64,000 nucleotides of DNA from the NCBI GenBank assembly GCA_964291285.2, contig OZ219786.1, forward strand, positions 512,001 through 576,000. Reading direction: 5' to 3'. Made by a program: the position numbers and the translations under genes. Within the stretch, counting starts at the first letter, position 1; each line of letters starts with the position of its first letter. The notes under the pieces were generated by a model. That model saw nothing but the letters and a program-made list of their open reading frames with translations. It did not search any database and had not been told where the DNA came from. This DNA comes from Alphaproteobacteria bacterium. GTDB taxonomy: Bacteria; Pseudomonadota; Alphaproteobacteria; Bin95. This document shows, one piece after another, positions 25,505 through 35,621 of the stretch.

Positions 25505-26599
25505 TTACCCATTGCCGATGGCGGCGTTGATCGCCGGCATCACCTTCTCCGCCATCAGCTCCATCGAGCGGATGCCGAGCGTCTTGTCCTCCCAGTCCTT
25601 GCCGGCATAGAGCAGCGTGCCGAAGTCGCCCGTCACCTCGCGGAAGGCGAGCAACTGGTCCACCACGCTTGCCGGGTCGCCCGCGATGACGAGGCTCTCG
25701 ACCACATAATCGAGGGTCAGTTTCTCGTCCGGGAAATCGGGCGCGGGCTTGAAGGCGGCGTGGCGGTTCGCCTTCCTGAGCTTGGTGAAGAGCTGCCGGT
25801 AGTAGAAGCGGTAGGGGCTGCGTTCGTTCTCCTTGCCGTAGTCGAGTGCGGTCCGGTGGTCGTCATGGACGAAGATCGACCGCGCTACCCGCCAGTTGCC
25901 ACGGTCCGCCGCGCGGCCGGCCTCCTCGCATCCCTGCTCATAGTTCGCCCAGTGGGTCGGGACCCATACAGGCTGCAGGAAGTTTGCCGAAATCGGGAAG
26001 AAGCCCCTTCGGCCGATCTCGACCGCGCTCTTCGAGTGCGGCGAGACCACCGTGGCGAGGATGGGCGGGTGCGGCTTCTGGTAAGGCTTTGCGATGGGGC
26101 CGACGCCGATCTCCGGGAAGAGCGTCTCGCGGGTCGTGATCTTCCAGTGCCTGCCCTCGAGGTCGTAGGGCGGCTCGCCCTGCCAGATGTCGAGAATGTG
26201 GCCGATGGACTCCAGGAACATCTCGCCCCGGTCGAGGCCGAGTATGCCGAGCGCCTCCGCATCGGACTCGAGCGCGCCGGGGCTGATGCCGAGCAGGAAC
26301 CGCCCCTTGAGCAGGTGGTCCAGCATGGCCGCCTGGGCCGCGATGAGAACGGGATGGGTATGGGAGAGGTTGGCGGTGCCGGTGCCGAGCCTGATCTGCT
26401 TCGTGTCGGAAATCAGGCTCGCCTGGAACAGCATCGAATTGGTGATGCTCTCGGCCGCATCGGTGACGTGCTCGCCGACATAGGCCTCCGAATAGCCCAG
26501 CTGATCGGCAAGTATGACGGCCTCACGGTCCTCCTGCAGGACCTCGGTATAGTCCCGGTCCAGCCGGTGGATCGGCATGGTGAAGAAGCCGAGCTTCAC
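25505..26599 (-). CDS. LLM class flavin-dependent oxidoreductase (luciferase-like monooxygenase)
   Basis: KLGFFTMP, ADQLGYSEAYVGEH, IRLGTG, HPVLIA..LDHL..GRF and KPYQKPHPP motifs. Confidence 0.9.
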   Translation of the reverse strand: MKLGFFTMPIHRLDRDYTEVLQEDREAVILADQLGYSEAYVGEHVTDAAESITNSMLFQASLISDTKQIRLGTGTANLSHTHPVLIAAQAAMLDHLLKGRFLLGISPGALESDAEALGILGLDRGEMFLESIGHILDIWQGEPPYDLEGRHWKITTRETLFPEIGVGPIAKPYQKPHPPILATVVSPHSKSAVEIGRRGFFPISANFLQPVWVPTHWANYEQGCEEAGRAADRGNWRVARSIFVHDDHRTALDYGKENERSPYRFYYRQLFTKLRKANRHAAFKPAPDFPDEKLTLDYVVESLVIAGDPASVVDQLLAFREVTGDFGTLLYAGKDWEDKTLGIRSMELMAEKVMPAINAAIGNG

Positions 26600-26636
26600 G
26601 GGCGAAGGCTCCGGTGCCCGTTCGCCGGTTCCGGCC

Positions 26637-27368
26637 TCATGCCCCGAGATAGTATTGCTTGACCATCTCATTTTCCGCCAGCGCGGCGGCCGATGGGGCG
26701 GAGAAGGCGATATCGCCATGCACGATGATGTAGCCGCGGTCGGCGATCTTGATCGCCTGGTTGAAGTTCTGCTCGGCCATCAGCACCGTCAGGTTCCGCT
26801 GCTCCTTCAGTTCCTCGATCTTGGCGATCATGCGGCTCACGAGAATCGGCGCGAGCCCCACGGAGGGCTCGTCCACGAGCAGGATACGCGGCTCCGACAT
26901 GAGCGCGCGGGCGATTGCGAGCATCTGCTGCTCGCCCCCGGACATCGAGCCTGCGAGCTGGCGGCGGCGTTCGGCAAGCACCGGAAACGCCTCGAAGCAG
27001 AAGGCGAGATTATCGCCGATCCGCCGCCGCGCCGCCTCCCGGTAGGCCCCGAGCATCAGGTTCTCCTCCACGGTCAGGCGCGGAAACAAGCGCCGGCCTT
27101 CCGGGACGAGGGAGATTCCAAACTCCACGACTTCCTGCGGTGTTCTGCCGACCAGCTCGATCCGAACGCCATCGTCGGTCTCCAGCACGATGGAGCCGGC
27201 GGTGGGGGCGACGATCCCCATGATGCAGTGGATGAGCGTGGACTTGCCGTTGCCGTTGGTGCCGAGCAGGGCGACCGTCTCGCCCGCATCCACGGAGATC
27301 GAGACGCCGTGCAACACGCGCACCGAGCCGTAACCGGCCTCGACATCGCTTACAACGATCCTACTCAC
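26637..27368 (-). CDS. Branched-chain/aromatic acid ABC transporter ATPase (LivF-like)
   Basis: GTNGNGKST, VPEGRRLFP, MSGGEQQML, DEPSVGLAP. Confidence 0.9.
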   Translation of the reverse strand: MSRIVVSDVEAGYGSVRVLHGVSISVDAGETVALLGTNGNGKSTLIHCIMGIVAPTAGSIVLETDDGVRIELVGRTPQEVVEFGISLVPEGRRLFPRLTVEENLMLGAYREAARRRIGDNLAFCFEAFPVLAERRRQLAGSMSGGEQQMLAIARALMSEPRILLVDEPSVGLAPILVSRMIAKIEELKEQRNLTVLMAEQNFNQAIKIADRGYIIVHGDIAFSAPSAAALAENEMVKQYYLGA

Positions 27369-28098
27369 CGAGATAGGCCCTCTCGACTTCGGGGTCGTTG
27401 ACGATATCGCCCGGGCCGCCCTCCGCGATCTTGCGGCCTGCGTCGAGTACGACGATCCGCTCGGAGAAGCGCATCACCGCCCGCATGATGTGCTCGATCA
27501 TGATGATCGTGATGCCGTCCTCGTTCAGCCGGAACAGGATGTCGAGGATGTCGTCCACCTCTCCCGAGGACAGGCCGGCCATCGCCTCGTCCGAGATCAG
27601 TAACTCGGGCTCTGTCGCCATCGCCCGCGCAAGCTCCAGCTTGCGCATGTCGATCTGGGTGAGCTTGCCGGAGTTTTCGCGGGCGCGGTCCGCGAGGCCG
27701 ATCGTCTCCAGAATCGCCATGCCGCGCCCGGTGATCTCTGCGGGAGCCGCGGCCGTGGCATATTCGAGCGGGATGACGAGGTTCTCCAGTACCGTCATCG
27801 ACCGGAACGGCTTCGGGATCTGGAACGACCGGGCGATCCCCAGCCGAGTTCGCTCATGCGGCTTGCGGCCGTCCAGCTTCTCGCCCTTGAAGCGGATTTC
27901 ACCGCCTTCGTTCGCGAGCGTGCCGGAGATGCAGTTGATCATGGTCGTCTTGCCGGAGCCGTTCGGACCGATCATTCCGAACCGCTCACCCGCGCGCACC
28001 TCGAGGCTTACCCCATCGAGTGCAGTGAAGCCGCCGAACCGCTTGGTCACGTCGCGGGCATCCAGGAGGATGCGGGGCGCCCGGGCGTCATCGATCAT
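27361..28098 (-). CDS. ABC transporter ATPase (LivG-like)
   Basis: GPNGSGKTT, ARSFQ, IEHIM, AYLG. Confidence 0.9.
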   Translation of the reverse strand: MIDDARAPRILLDARDVTKRFGGFTALDGVSLEVRAGERFGMIGPNGSGKTTMINCISGTLANEGGEIRFKGEKLDGRKPHERTRLGIARSFQIPKPFRSMTVLENLVIPLEYATAAAPAEITGRGMAILETIGLADRARENSGKLTQIDMRKLELARAMATEPELLISDEAMAGLSSGEVDDILDILFRLNEDGITIIMIEHIMRAVMRFSERIVVLDAGRKIAEGGPGDIVNDPEVERAYLGE

Positions 28099-29044
28099 TA
28101 CCGGCCCTCCGCCATTTCCTGATCAGCCCGACGATTCCCTCCGGTGCCGCGATCACGAAGAACACGAGCAGCACGCCGACGATGAGCAGGTTGAGTTCCG
28201 AAGAGATCGTCACCGTCGCGACCTGCTGCACCGTGCCGAGCAGGAGCGCGCCGATGAGAGGCCCGAGCCAAGTGGTCGCCCCGCCGATCATCGGCATTGC
28301 GATGGAGTTGACGGCATAGACGAGATTGAACGCCGACGACGGTTCGACGAATCCGACATAGAGCACGAAGGGCGCGCCGGCGACGCCCATGAGGAAGCCG
28401 GAGACGGTGGTCGCCAGCAGCTTCAGCCGCAAAGTCGGCACGCCCGCGCACTCGGCCGCCTCCTCGTCGTCGCGGATCGCCGCGAAGCCGCGCCCGGCCT
28501 TGGAGCGCTCGATCCAGCGCGCGGTCCCGACGGCGAAGATCGCGAGCAGCAGCATCATGAAGAACAGGAACTCGATATAGTCGCCGAACGGCGCGATCTC
28601 CCGCGCCCGCAGGATGTAGGCCCCGGTTGCGCCGCCCACATAGTCCCAGTTGACGACGAGCGTCTCGAGCACGATGGCGAGCGCAAGCGTCGCGATGGCA
28701 AAGAAGACCCCCCGCAGCCGGAGCGTGAGATAGCCCATGGCCAGGCCGAGGAGCGCGCAGACGATTCCCGATACCGGAATCATCACCAGCAGCGGCGCCT
28801 TGAAGAGGTTGTAGAGCACCACGGAGGTGTAGGCGCCGACCGCAAAGAACCCGGCCGTGCCGAAGTTCACATAGCCCATATAGCCGCCCATGATGTTCCA
28901 TGCCGTTGCAAGCACCACATATTGCAGCACGACATAGCCCGCGAAATAGACGAAGGCGTTGACCGGCACGAGGTCGAGGATCGTGAGCGCGGCGCCGACG
29001 AGCGCGATGACCGCGGCCCAGAGCCAGAACGAACGGAGCTTCAT
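28088..29044 (-). CDS. ABC transporter permease (LivM-like)
   Basis: WNIMGGYMGYVNFG, LRLRGVFFAIATL, AIRDDEEAA. Confidence 0.9.
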   Translation of the reverse strand: MKLRSFWLWAAVIALVGAALTILDLVPVNAFVYFAGYVVLQYVVLATAWNIMGGYMGYVNFGTAGFFAVGAYTSVVLYNLFKAPLLVMIPVSGIVCALLGLAMGYLTLRLRGVFFAIATLALAIVLETLVVNWDYVGGATGAYILRAREIAPFGDYIEFLFFMMLLLAIFAVGTARWIERSKAGRGFAAIRDDEEAAECAGVPTLRLKLLATTVSGFLMGVAGAPFVLYVGFVEPSSAFNLVYAVNSIAMPMIGGATTWLGPLIGALLLGTVQQVATVTISSELNLLIVGVLLVFFVIAAPEGIVGLIRKWRRAGNDR

Positions 29045-29059
29045 GGCGGGCGCTCCTGT

Positions 29060-29932
29060 CTACCGTCCGAAGAGGCCCTGCGGCCGGAAGGCAAGCGCGA
29101 GCAGCAGAATGCCGAAGGCGACGGCGGGCGCCCATGACGGGCCGTAGAAGGTCGAGACGAGGCTCTCCGCAATGCCGAGGACGAGCGCCGCCACCAGAGT
29201 GCCGGGGATCGAGCCGAGCCCGGCAAGGACGGCGATGGCGAACACCTGTCCGATATACAGCCGCCCGACGGACGGCTCGATGGGAATGATGATGATGAGG
29301 AGCGCGCCCGCGATCGCCGTGGTCCCGATGCCGATGCCGAAGCCGAGCTGCTTGATCTTCACCGGGTCCGCCGCCATGAGTTGGAGGGCGAGGCGGTCCT
29401 GCGCCACGGCCATGATCGCGCGGCCGTTGAAGGTGCGCGACATGTAGAGATAGACTGCACCGAACATGACGAGCGAGACGACGAACGGCACCAGCATGCG
29501 GGTCGGCACGCCGATCCCGCCGATCTTCCAGTTCTCTCCGATATAGGGGGCCTGCACGGAGCGGAAATCGACCCCGTAGGCCATGATGAGCCCGACCTCG
29601 ATGATGAACATGACGCCGAAGAAGAAGGCAAGGCCGCGCAGTGCCTCGTCGTCCTTGCGCTCGAAGCTCTCATAGTAGATCCGGTAGGCCCCGACCCCGA
29701 CGAAGAAGAACACCGGCGCGAACACGAGCCCCACCAGGATCGGGTCGAGCCCCCACATGCTGTTGCACATGTAGGCGATGTAGGAGCCCAGGATGACGAA
29801 TGCCGGATGGGCAATGTTCACGATGTTGAGCTGCCCGAACGCCACGGTGAGGCCGAGGCTCACCGCAGCATAGAAGCCGCCGAGCAGGACCCCGGCGACG
29901 AGCGCGTTCAGCAGAAGCTCGATTGAGAACAC
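29060..29932 (-). CDS. ABC transporter permease (LivH-like)
   Basis: GLTVAFG..NIAH, RPQGLFG. Confidence 0.9.
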   Translation of the reverse strand: MFSIELLLNALVAGVLLGGFYAAVSLGLTVAFGQLNIVNIAHPAFVILGSYIAYMCNSMWGLDPILVGLVFAPVFFFVGVGAYRIYYESFERKDDEALRGLAFFFGVMFIIEVGLIMAYGVDFRSVQAPYIGENWKIGGIGVPTRMLVPFVVSLVMFGAVYLYMSRTFNGRAIMAVAQDRLALQLMAADPVKIKQLGFGIGIGTTAIAGALLIIIIPIEPSVGRLYIGQVFAIAVLAGLGSIPGTLVAALVLGIAESLVSTFYGPSWAPAVAFGILLLALAFRPQGLFGR

Positions 29933-29959
29933 CGGCGGGCTCGGTCCTTAGGTTGCGCG

Positions 29960-29996
29960 CGAGGCCTCATCCCGCGTGGTGCGGGACGAGGCCTCG
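29960..29996. terminator. Intercistronic stem-loop between binding-protein and permease genes
   Basis: CGAGGCCTCATCCCGC-GTGGT-GCGGGACGAGGCCTCG hairpin, followed by TTTT on the + strand. Confidence 0.6.
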
Positions 29997-30034
29997 TTTT
30001 CCAAATGCGGGCGGACGCCGCTCGGCCCGCGGGC

Positions 30035-31309
30035 CTACTCGGCGTAGGGGACGTTGATATCCCCCGATTTCCACTCTGCCGGATACAGCACGACGCGGGT
30101 CCCGGCCTTTGCGAAGGTCGCGAGCTCGTTGTCCTCGATGCCCTGGTACTGGACCATCAGCACGCGCGTTTTCGCCCACTCGCCGTTCGGTGCGAAGCTG
30201 ACCTTGCCCACCACCGTGTTGAACTCGTTGCTGCGGATATATTCGCCGATGGCTGCATGATCCATGCCGTTGGTGGCCGTGATCGCCTGCCCCAGCACCT
30301 GGAGATACGCATAGGCGTAGGGCTGGAGGTAGAAGCCGAGCGGATCGACGCCTTTGCCCACGGCCGCCGCCTGGTACTTCTCGAGGAACGCCTCGACGCC
30401 CTCGAACTTGAGGGTCGGCTCGGGCACCCAGAAGTCGTAGTTGACGATGCCGTTCAGCTTCGGCCCGAGCGCGGTCATGATCGAGGCGAACTGAAGCCCG
30501 ACCATGCCGCCTCCGAACATCTTCGCCTTGAGGCCGACCTCGGTGGCCGCCTTCACCATCCCCACTGAGTCGGGCGGATAGGACGCAACGAATACGATGT
30601 CCGGGTTGCGGGCTTGAATCGCGTTGACGATGGGCGTGTAGTCCGCGGTTCTGGGCGGATAGGACTCGTCATAGACGATTTCGAGCCCGTATTCCTCCGC
30701 GTTGACCCGGGCGCCGACCACCGCATTGCGGGCGAACTCCGCATCCGCACCCACCAGCGCGATGGTCCTCGGAGCCGGGTCCTGTGCCTGGGCGAGCTCG
30801 AAGAAGCCCCGAGACCAGTCCGTCATGGGCTTCGGGCCTGCCGGCATAATCTGGAAGTAGTTGGGGTAGTTGAACTTTTCGTTGACCGCGAGACCAAACA
30901 GAGCCGGAAAGACGAGGCCCCGCTGCATCACGATCGGCATCGCAGGCGCAATGAGGTTCGTGCCGTAGCCCGAGACCACAAAGTCCACCTTGTCGATGTC
31001 GAGCAGCTTGGTGTAGATGGCGGGCACGGTCGCGGGGTTGGTCTGGTCGTCGTAATAGACAAGCTCGACCTTCTTGCCGAGGAGGCCGCCCGCGGCGTTG
31101 ACGTCCTCCGCCCACACCTGCATCGCGATGAGCGCTCCCTTGCCGGCGCCGGCAAGGCCGCCGGTGAGCGCCATGCTGAACCCGATCTTGATAGTGTCGT
31201 TCGCCTGGGCAAATGACGCAAACGCCATCGAGGCCGACATTGCGATCACCGCAAGCGACCTGCCAAGCCACTTTCCGGTCTTCTTTTTCGCGAATGTTTT
31301 CGTGAACAT
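30035..31309 (-). CDS. LivK-like periplasmic substrate-binding protein
   Basis: Signal peptide; IKIGFSMALTG, NAAGGLLGKKVELVYYDDQ. Confidence 0.9.
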   Translation of the reverse strand: MFTKTFAKKKTGKWLGRSLAVIAMSASMAFASFAQANDTIKIGFSMALTGGLAGAGKGALIAMQVWAEDVNAAGGLLGKKVELVYYDDQTNPATVPAIYTKLLDIDKVDFVVSGYGTNLIAPAMPIVMQRGLVFPALFGLAVNEKFNYPNYFQIMPAGPKPMTDWSRGFFELAQAQDPAPRTIALVGADAEFARNAVVGARVNAEEYGLEIVYDESYPPRTADYTPIVNAIQARNPDIVFVASYPPDSVGMVKAATEVGLKAKMFGGGMVGLQFASIMTALGPKLNGIVNYDFWVPEPTLKFEGVEAFLEKYQAAAVGKGVDPLGFYLQPYAYAYLQVLGQAITATNGMDHAAIGEYIRSNEFNTVVGKVSFAPNGEWAKTRVLMVQYQGIEDNELATFAKAGTRVVLYPAEWKSGDINVPYAE

Positions 31310-31317
31310 TGTGCTAA

Positions 31318-33331
31318 CCCGACTTCCGCAACTCGGGGGTCATGAGGATGCTAACTCATTGAATAGCCTTGATCGTCTCCCCGAGGGTCGGCACTACAAG
31401 GCGGCGAACGGAGAGGCGGCGCCGTGTGCCGTCAGGCGGAGATCCGGGGTGCGGGTTGCTGCGGCCAGGTCATGCCGAGCTGTTGCAGCAGTAGCTCGTG
31501 CTCCTTGTTCGGCCGGGTGTGGCGCGGCAGGACGAGGTGCCGGCCGTCGGTGGTTGGCAGATGGACGTCCACCATCTGGATGGTGGCGAAGGCCTCAAGG
31601 ATGGCGCGTGGGGTGAGGCCCGGGGCGCGCGGCCGGGCGAGGTTCTTCAGGGTCACCAGCAGGCAGTAGGCGATGAACGAGACGAAGATATGCGCCTCGA
31701 TGCGCTCTTGGCGCTGATGGAAGATGGGGCGGATCGCGAGGTCGTGCTTGAGTTCCTTGAACGCCTGCTCGATCTCGACGAGCTGCATGTACAGATGCCA
31801 CAGCGTGGCGGGGTCTTCGGCGACCATGTTGGATCGCAGCAGGTAACGGCCCTCGCGGCGGCGGACCTGGCGCAGCCGGTCGCGCTGCAGGCGGAATGAG
31901 AAGCCGTTGGCGGCGAGTTCGCTGTCGGTCCCGGGCACGGTGATGTCGACCAGGCTCCAGGCCCGGCCGGCCTCCTTCCTGGCGGCGCCGAGCTTGAGCA
32001 ACAACTGATCCCGGCTGTTCGACTGCCCTTGCAACTCGGCCAATCGACGCCACAGCCTCTTCAGCCGGCGCCGGCGCATGCCGCGTTCCTTCACCTGCCG
32101 CCCCTCGCTGCGCACCAGGACGTAGAGCTCGCCATCCTCGACCAGAAGCTTGACAGTCACGGACTGGCGCACCTCCTGCCAGGGCAGGCCCAGGAACACC
32201 TTCTCGAGCCGCGTCAGCCGGCCCTTGGGCGTGCCCACCAGGTAGCGCACCGGCGCCTCGCCCTCGCGCATCGCGGCCAGCGTCTCCTCGGTGGGGATGC
32301 CGCGGTCCATGATCCACACCCGCTCGGAGCGGCCATACTGATCCTCGATCTTCTTGAGGAACGCCGCCAGCGTGGTGTCGTCGGAGGTGTTGCCCGGCAT
32401 CACCTCATAGGCCAGCGGAAAGCCCTGCGGCGTAACGATCAGGGCGATCACCACCTGCACGCAGTCGGGCCGCTTGTCCCGGCTGTAGCCGAAGCGGCGC
32501 TTGTCATCGAACGGCGGATCGCTCTCGAAGTAGGTCGAGGTCAGGTCGTAGAGCAGCACGTCGAAGCGCGCCTCGAACAGCGTCGCCCAGCGGTCGCGCA
32601 GAAACGAGAAGAAGCCCTGCTTGTGCGCCAGCAGCTTGTCGAGACAGCGATAGAGTGTGTCGTCGGCGATCGCCCGCTCGCCACCCAGAAGATCGCGAAG
32701 CGCGCTGTGCTCATACCAGTGACGGTGAAGGCGCCACTCGCTGCCCGGGTCGATCAGCCGGTAGCAGACCTGGATCTTCAGGATGTCCAGCCACCGCGTG
32801 CCTTGCCGGCTCGCCGGCAGCCGCTCTTCCCAGAAGCGGTCCAGGTCCAGGCGGTCCCACAAGGACAGCGCCAGCCAGCACGCCCCCCACTGGCGCGGGT
32901 CGTGAAGCGCCACCTGCGAGAGGTCGATCTTCACCACTTCGCAAGTCAGCGCCGGCGCCTCCCGGTCCTCGGGAAACAGCGCCATCTGCCGTGATCGCGA
33001 CTTGCCCTCCACCACCTCGATCGAGCGGCACCACGCCGCTCGCTGGCTGTCGTTGATCTCCCCGAGATAGAGCACCTGACGCTGAACAACCCGACCGCCG
33101 TGGACCCGGACGTTCTCCACAACGCTCCAGTAGCGGTGCTCCTTGCCGTCCTTGAAGCGTCTCTTGCAGCGCACGAACATCAGCGCAGCGTCCGGATCTT
33201 CGCCAGCCCGATCAAGGGGGTAGGTCGGCACTACAAGCCGGTCCCGAGAGGTACTGCACCGAAATCCGACACTTCTCGCGCCGGAAAACCGTCAAATCAG
33301 TCGATTCTCAAGCCGAGTTGCGGAAGTCGGG
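31318..33331 (-). mobile_element. Complete IS1634-family element
   Basis: 19-bp perfect terminal IR CCCGACTTCCGCAACTCGG (31318-31336 / 33313-33331); CTAA target duplication (31314-31317, 33332-33335); subterminal direct repeat GGTCGGCACTACAAG (31386, 33223). Confidence 0.9.
31432..33180 (-). CDS. IS1634 family transposase
   Basis: LYDLTSTYFE, GYSRDKRPD, MDRGIPT, IEQAFKELK..IRPIFHQ..RIEAHI. Confidence 0.92.
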   Translation of the reverse strand: MFVRCKRRFKDGKEHRYWSVVENVRVHGGRVVQRQVLYLGEINDSQRAAWCRSIEVVEGKSRSRQMALFPEDREAPALTCEVVKIDLSQVALHDPRQWGACWLALSLWDRLDLDRFWEERLPASRQGTRWLDILKIQVCYRLIDPGSEWRLHRHWYEHSALRDLLGGERAIADDTLYRCLDKLLAHKQGFFSFLRDRWATLFEARFDVLLYDLTSTYFESDPPFDDKRRFGYSRDKRPDCVQVVIALIVTPQGFPLAYEVMPGNTSDDTTLAAFLKKIEDQYGRSERVWIMDRGIPTEETLAAMREGEAPVRYLVGTPKGRLTRLEKVFLGLPWQEVRQSVTVKLLVEDGELYVLVRSEGRQVKERGMRRRRLKRLWRRLAELQGQSNSRDQLLLKLGAARKEAGRAWSLVDITVPGTDSELAANGFSFRLQRDRLRQVRRREGRYLLRSNMVAEDPATLWHLYMQLVEIEQAFKELKHDLAIRPIFHQRQERIEAHIFVSFIAYCLLVTLKNLARPRAPGLTPRAILEAFATIQMVDVHLPTTDGRHLVLPRHTRPNKEHELLLQQLGMTWPQQPAPRISA

Positions 33332-33700
33332 CTAATGTAGTTGCCGGCCGGATGAATTCAAACCAATTTCAGATATAATTCCAAATTATAGAACAAAATA
33401 AGATTTGAAATCATGAGTCCGGTCAGGCGGGAAGACCGGCAGCTGTTTCCCCAAGGTCCTTAGTTTACAGGCTTTCTGCATGTCCGGACCCCGTCCAAAA
33501 CTGGCCGTTCCCGACTCAGGGCAACATCGTTCGCGCGCTTCCAGATGCCGTTCCACAAGGGCGATACACCCTCGATTTAGTAAGTCCGACTTAAAGTCAT
33601 CCACAAGACGAAAGCGAATATCCTAAGTCAATACGCTTTTTGTTCCATTACGGCACGGAGAGGGCCAATTCGCATTGGTAGATTTTTTACTGCGCAAGGC

Positions 33701-33753
33701 TTGACGAGTGGCAGCAAAGTGGAAGAAAGTGGCGCTAAGTGGTAGCGAAGTGG
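33701..33753 (+). promoter_or_regulatory. dcw promoter with five AGTGG direct repeats (putative MraZ boxes)
   Basis: TTGACG at 33701; GTGG at 33708, 33719, 33729, 33739 and 33750 (10-11 bp period) upstream of mraZ. Confidence 0.75.
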
Positions 33754-33790
33754 CTGAAAGGGGCAATGCCTCTCGCCTAAAACACGAAAG

Positions 33791-34300
33791 GTGGAGTCTC
33801 CGGTGCGGGTCTCGGGCCAATACGACGCGAAACTGGATGCCAAAGGTCGGGTGATCGTGCCTGCGGCCCATAGGCGTGCGATTCCCCAGGATGCCGAAAT
33901 GCGGTTGCTGGCCGCGCCCGTTTTCGACGACCGCGACGCCATCTTTTTCTGCGAAGAGAGATATTTGCAGAATTGGGCTAAAGACATCCATGAAAAACTG
34001 CAGGATGCCAGAACCGCGAGCGGCAAGCCGATCGACTCCGGCAAGATCGTCAGCCTCTTCGTCGGCGGCTCGCGCGACGCGCAAATCGACGGACAGGGCC
34101 GCCTGCTGCTGCCGCAGGATTTCCGTCAGGCCTGCAAGATCGAGAATGAAGTCCGCTTCATCGGCAATGTCGGCATTATCGAGATCTGGAAGCCGGCCGC
34201 CCATGACACCTGGGTCGGAAACGTAACGGCCGAACTCGACGAAGACACGAAGGCGCTCATCCGCTTCGGCGGGTTCCTGCAGTCGGAGTCCGGGTCATGA
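33791..34300 (+). CDS. mraZ: Division/cell wall cluster transcriptional repressor MraZ
   Basis: LDAKGRV and IDGQGRLLLP SpoVT-AbrB repeats, IEIW; first gene of dcw. Confidence 0.9.
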   Translation: MESPVRVSGQYDAKLDAKGRVIVPAAHRRAIPQDAEMRLLAAPVFDDRDAIFFCEERYLQNWAKDIHEKLQDARTASGKPIDSGKIVSLFVGGSRDAQIDGQGRLLLPQDFRQACKIENEVRFIGNVGIIEIWKPAAHDTWVGNVTAELDEDTKALIRFGGFLQSESGS

Positions 34301-35223
34301 CCGCCGGCGGGCATGTCCCGGTCATGGCTTCGGAGGTCGTCGCCGCCATCGGGCCGCGAGCCGGCGGGCGGTATGTGGATGCTACTTTCGGCCGCGGCGG
34401 CTATTCGCGCGCGCTGCTGGCTTCGGCCCCTTGCCGCGTGCTCGCGCTCGACTGCGACCCGGCAGCCGAAGGCGCAGCCGCTGCGCTCGGCCGGGACTGC
34501 GGAGACCGTTTCCGTTTCCGTCGGGCCCGCTTTTCCGAGATGGAGGGCATTGCCGCCGACGAGGCCTTTGCGCCGGCGGACGGCATCGCGTTCGACCTCG
34601 GCGTGTCCTCCGCGCAGCTTGACGATCCCGCAAGAGGCTTTTCCTTCGCGTCCGGCCCGCTCGATATGCGGATGAGCGGCGAAGGTCCAAGCGCGGCCGA
34701 TCTCGTCGCCGGCCTGGATGAGGGCCGTCTGGCCGACCTTATCCGCCGCTATGGCGAGGAGCCGCGCTCCCGCCGGGTGGCACGCGCAATCGCTTCCGCG
34801 CGAAGCGAAGCGCCGATCCGCACCACGGACCGCCTCGCCGCCATTGTCGCGCGCGTCGTGCCTGCCGACGGACGCATTCATCCGGCAACCCGGACCTTCC
34901 AGGCGCTGCGGATCGCCGTCAATGACGAGCTCGGAGAGCTCGACCGCGGCCTCGCGGCCGCTGAGAGGCTGCTTGCCCCGGGCGGGCGGCTTGCCGTGGT
35001 TTCCTTCCATTCGCTGGAGGACCGCGCGGTGAAGCGCTTCCTGCGCGAGCGCAGCGGCGCGGTTCCGGGCCCCTCCCGCCACCGCCCGCCGAAGGCTCCG
35101 CCTCCACCGGCATCCTTCCGGCTCCTTCACCGGCGCGCCGTCGGTCCCAGCACCGCCGAAGTCGCCGACAATCCCCGTGCGCGGTCCGCACGGATGCGCG
35201 CCGCCGAGAGGCTCGCAGCATGA
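34297..35223 (+). CDS. rsmH: 16S rRNA m4C1402 methyltransferase
   Basis: HVPVM, DATFGRGGY, DLGVSS, HPATRTFQALRI, NPRARSA. Confidence 0.95.
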   Translation: MTAGGHVPVMASEVVAAIGPRAGGRYVDATFGRGGYSRALLASAPCRVLALDCDPAAEGAAAALGRDCGDRFRFRRARFSEMEGIAADEAFAPADGIAFDLGVSSAQLDDPARGFSFASGPLDMRMSGEGPSAADLVAGLDEGRLADLIRRYGEEPRSRRVARAIASARSEAPIRTTDRLAAIVARVVPADGRIHPATRTFQALRIAVNDELGELDRGLAAAERLLAPGGRLAVVSFHSLEDRAVKRFLRERSGAVPGPSRHRPPKAPPPPASFRLLHRRAVGPSTAEVADNPRARSARMRAAERLAA

Positions 35224-35621
35224 GCGCCAGGACGACATTCTTCTGGTGCATCGGCGCAGCGGCCATGGCGGCCGGCCTGTTCGCGGTCGGCGACCATGTT
35301 CGCGACCGCAAGGACCGCCTTGCCGAACTCAACCGCCTGGTTCTCGCCGAGCGCGAGCGCATCCAGGTGCTACGCAGCGAGCTTGCTTTCCTCACGCAGC
35401 CGCAAACCCTCGAATTCCAGAATGCGCGCGCCCTGGGCCTTGTCCCCATCGAGGCGGATCAGCTTCACCGGCCGAGTTTCCTCCCGGCTCGCCCGGCCAG
35501 CTCTCCCGAACCGCCTCTGACCGGGGCGCGCGCCGGGCGGGACGGCAATTCCGGCTCCGGACTCCCGACGGAGCCGCCGTCCCGCCTGTCTTTCGCCACC
35601 GGGACGGGAGGTCGACAATGA
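35220..35621 (+). CDS. ftsL: Cell division protein FtsL-like
   Basis: N-terminal TM plus coiled coil (IQVLRSELAFL) between rsmH and ftsI. Confidence 0.75.
   Translation: MSARTTFFWCIGAAAMAAGLFAVGDHVRDRKDRLAELNRLVLAERERIQVLRSELAFLTQPQTLEFQNARALGLVPIEADQLHRPSFLPARPASSPEPPLTGARAGRDGNSGSGLPTEPPSRLSFATGTGGRQ

Noticed and set aside
33391-33405. Possible LexA box GAAC-N7-GATT
   Set aside because: Second half-site has two mismatches and there is no SOS-type gene context.
33386-34204. ORFs 33386..33604 and 33623..34204 on the minus strand
   Set aside because: The first is AT-rich intergenic promoter DNA and the second is antisense to mraZ.
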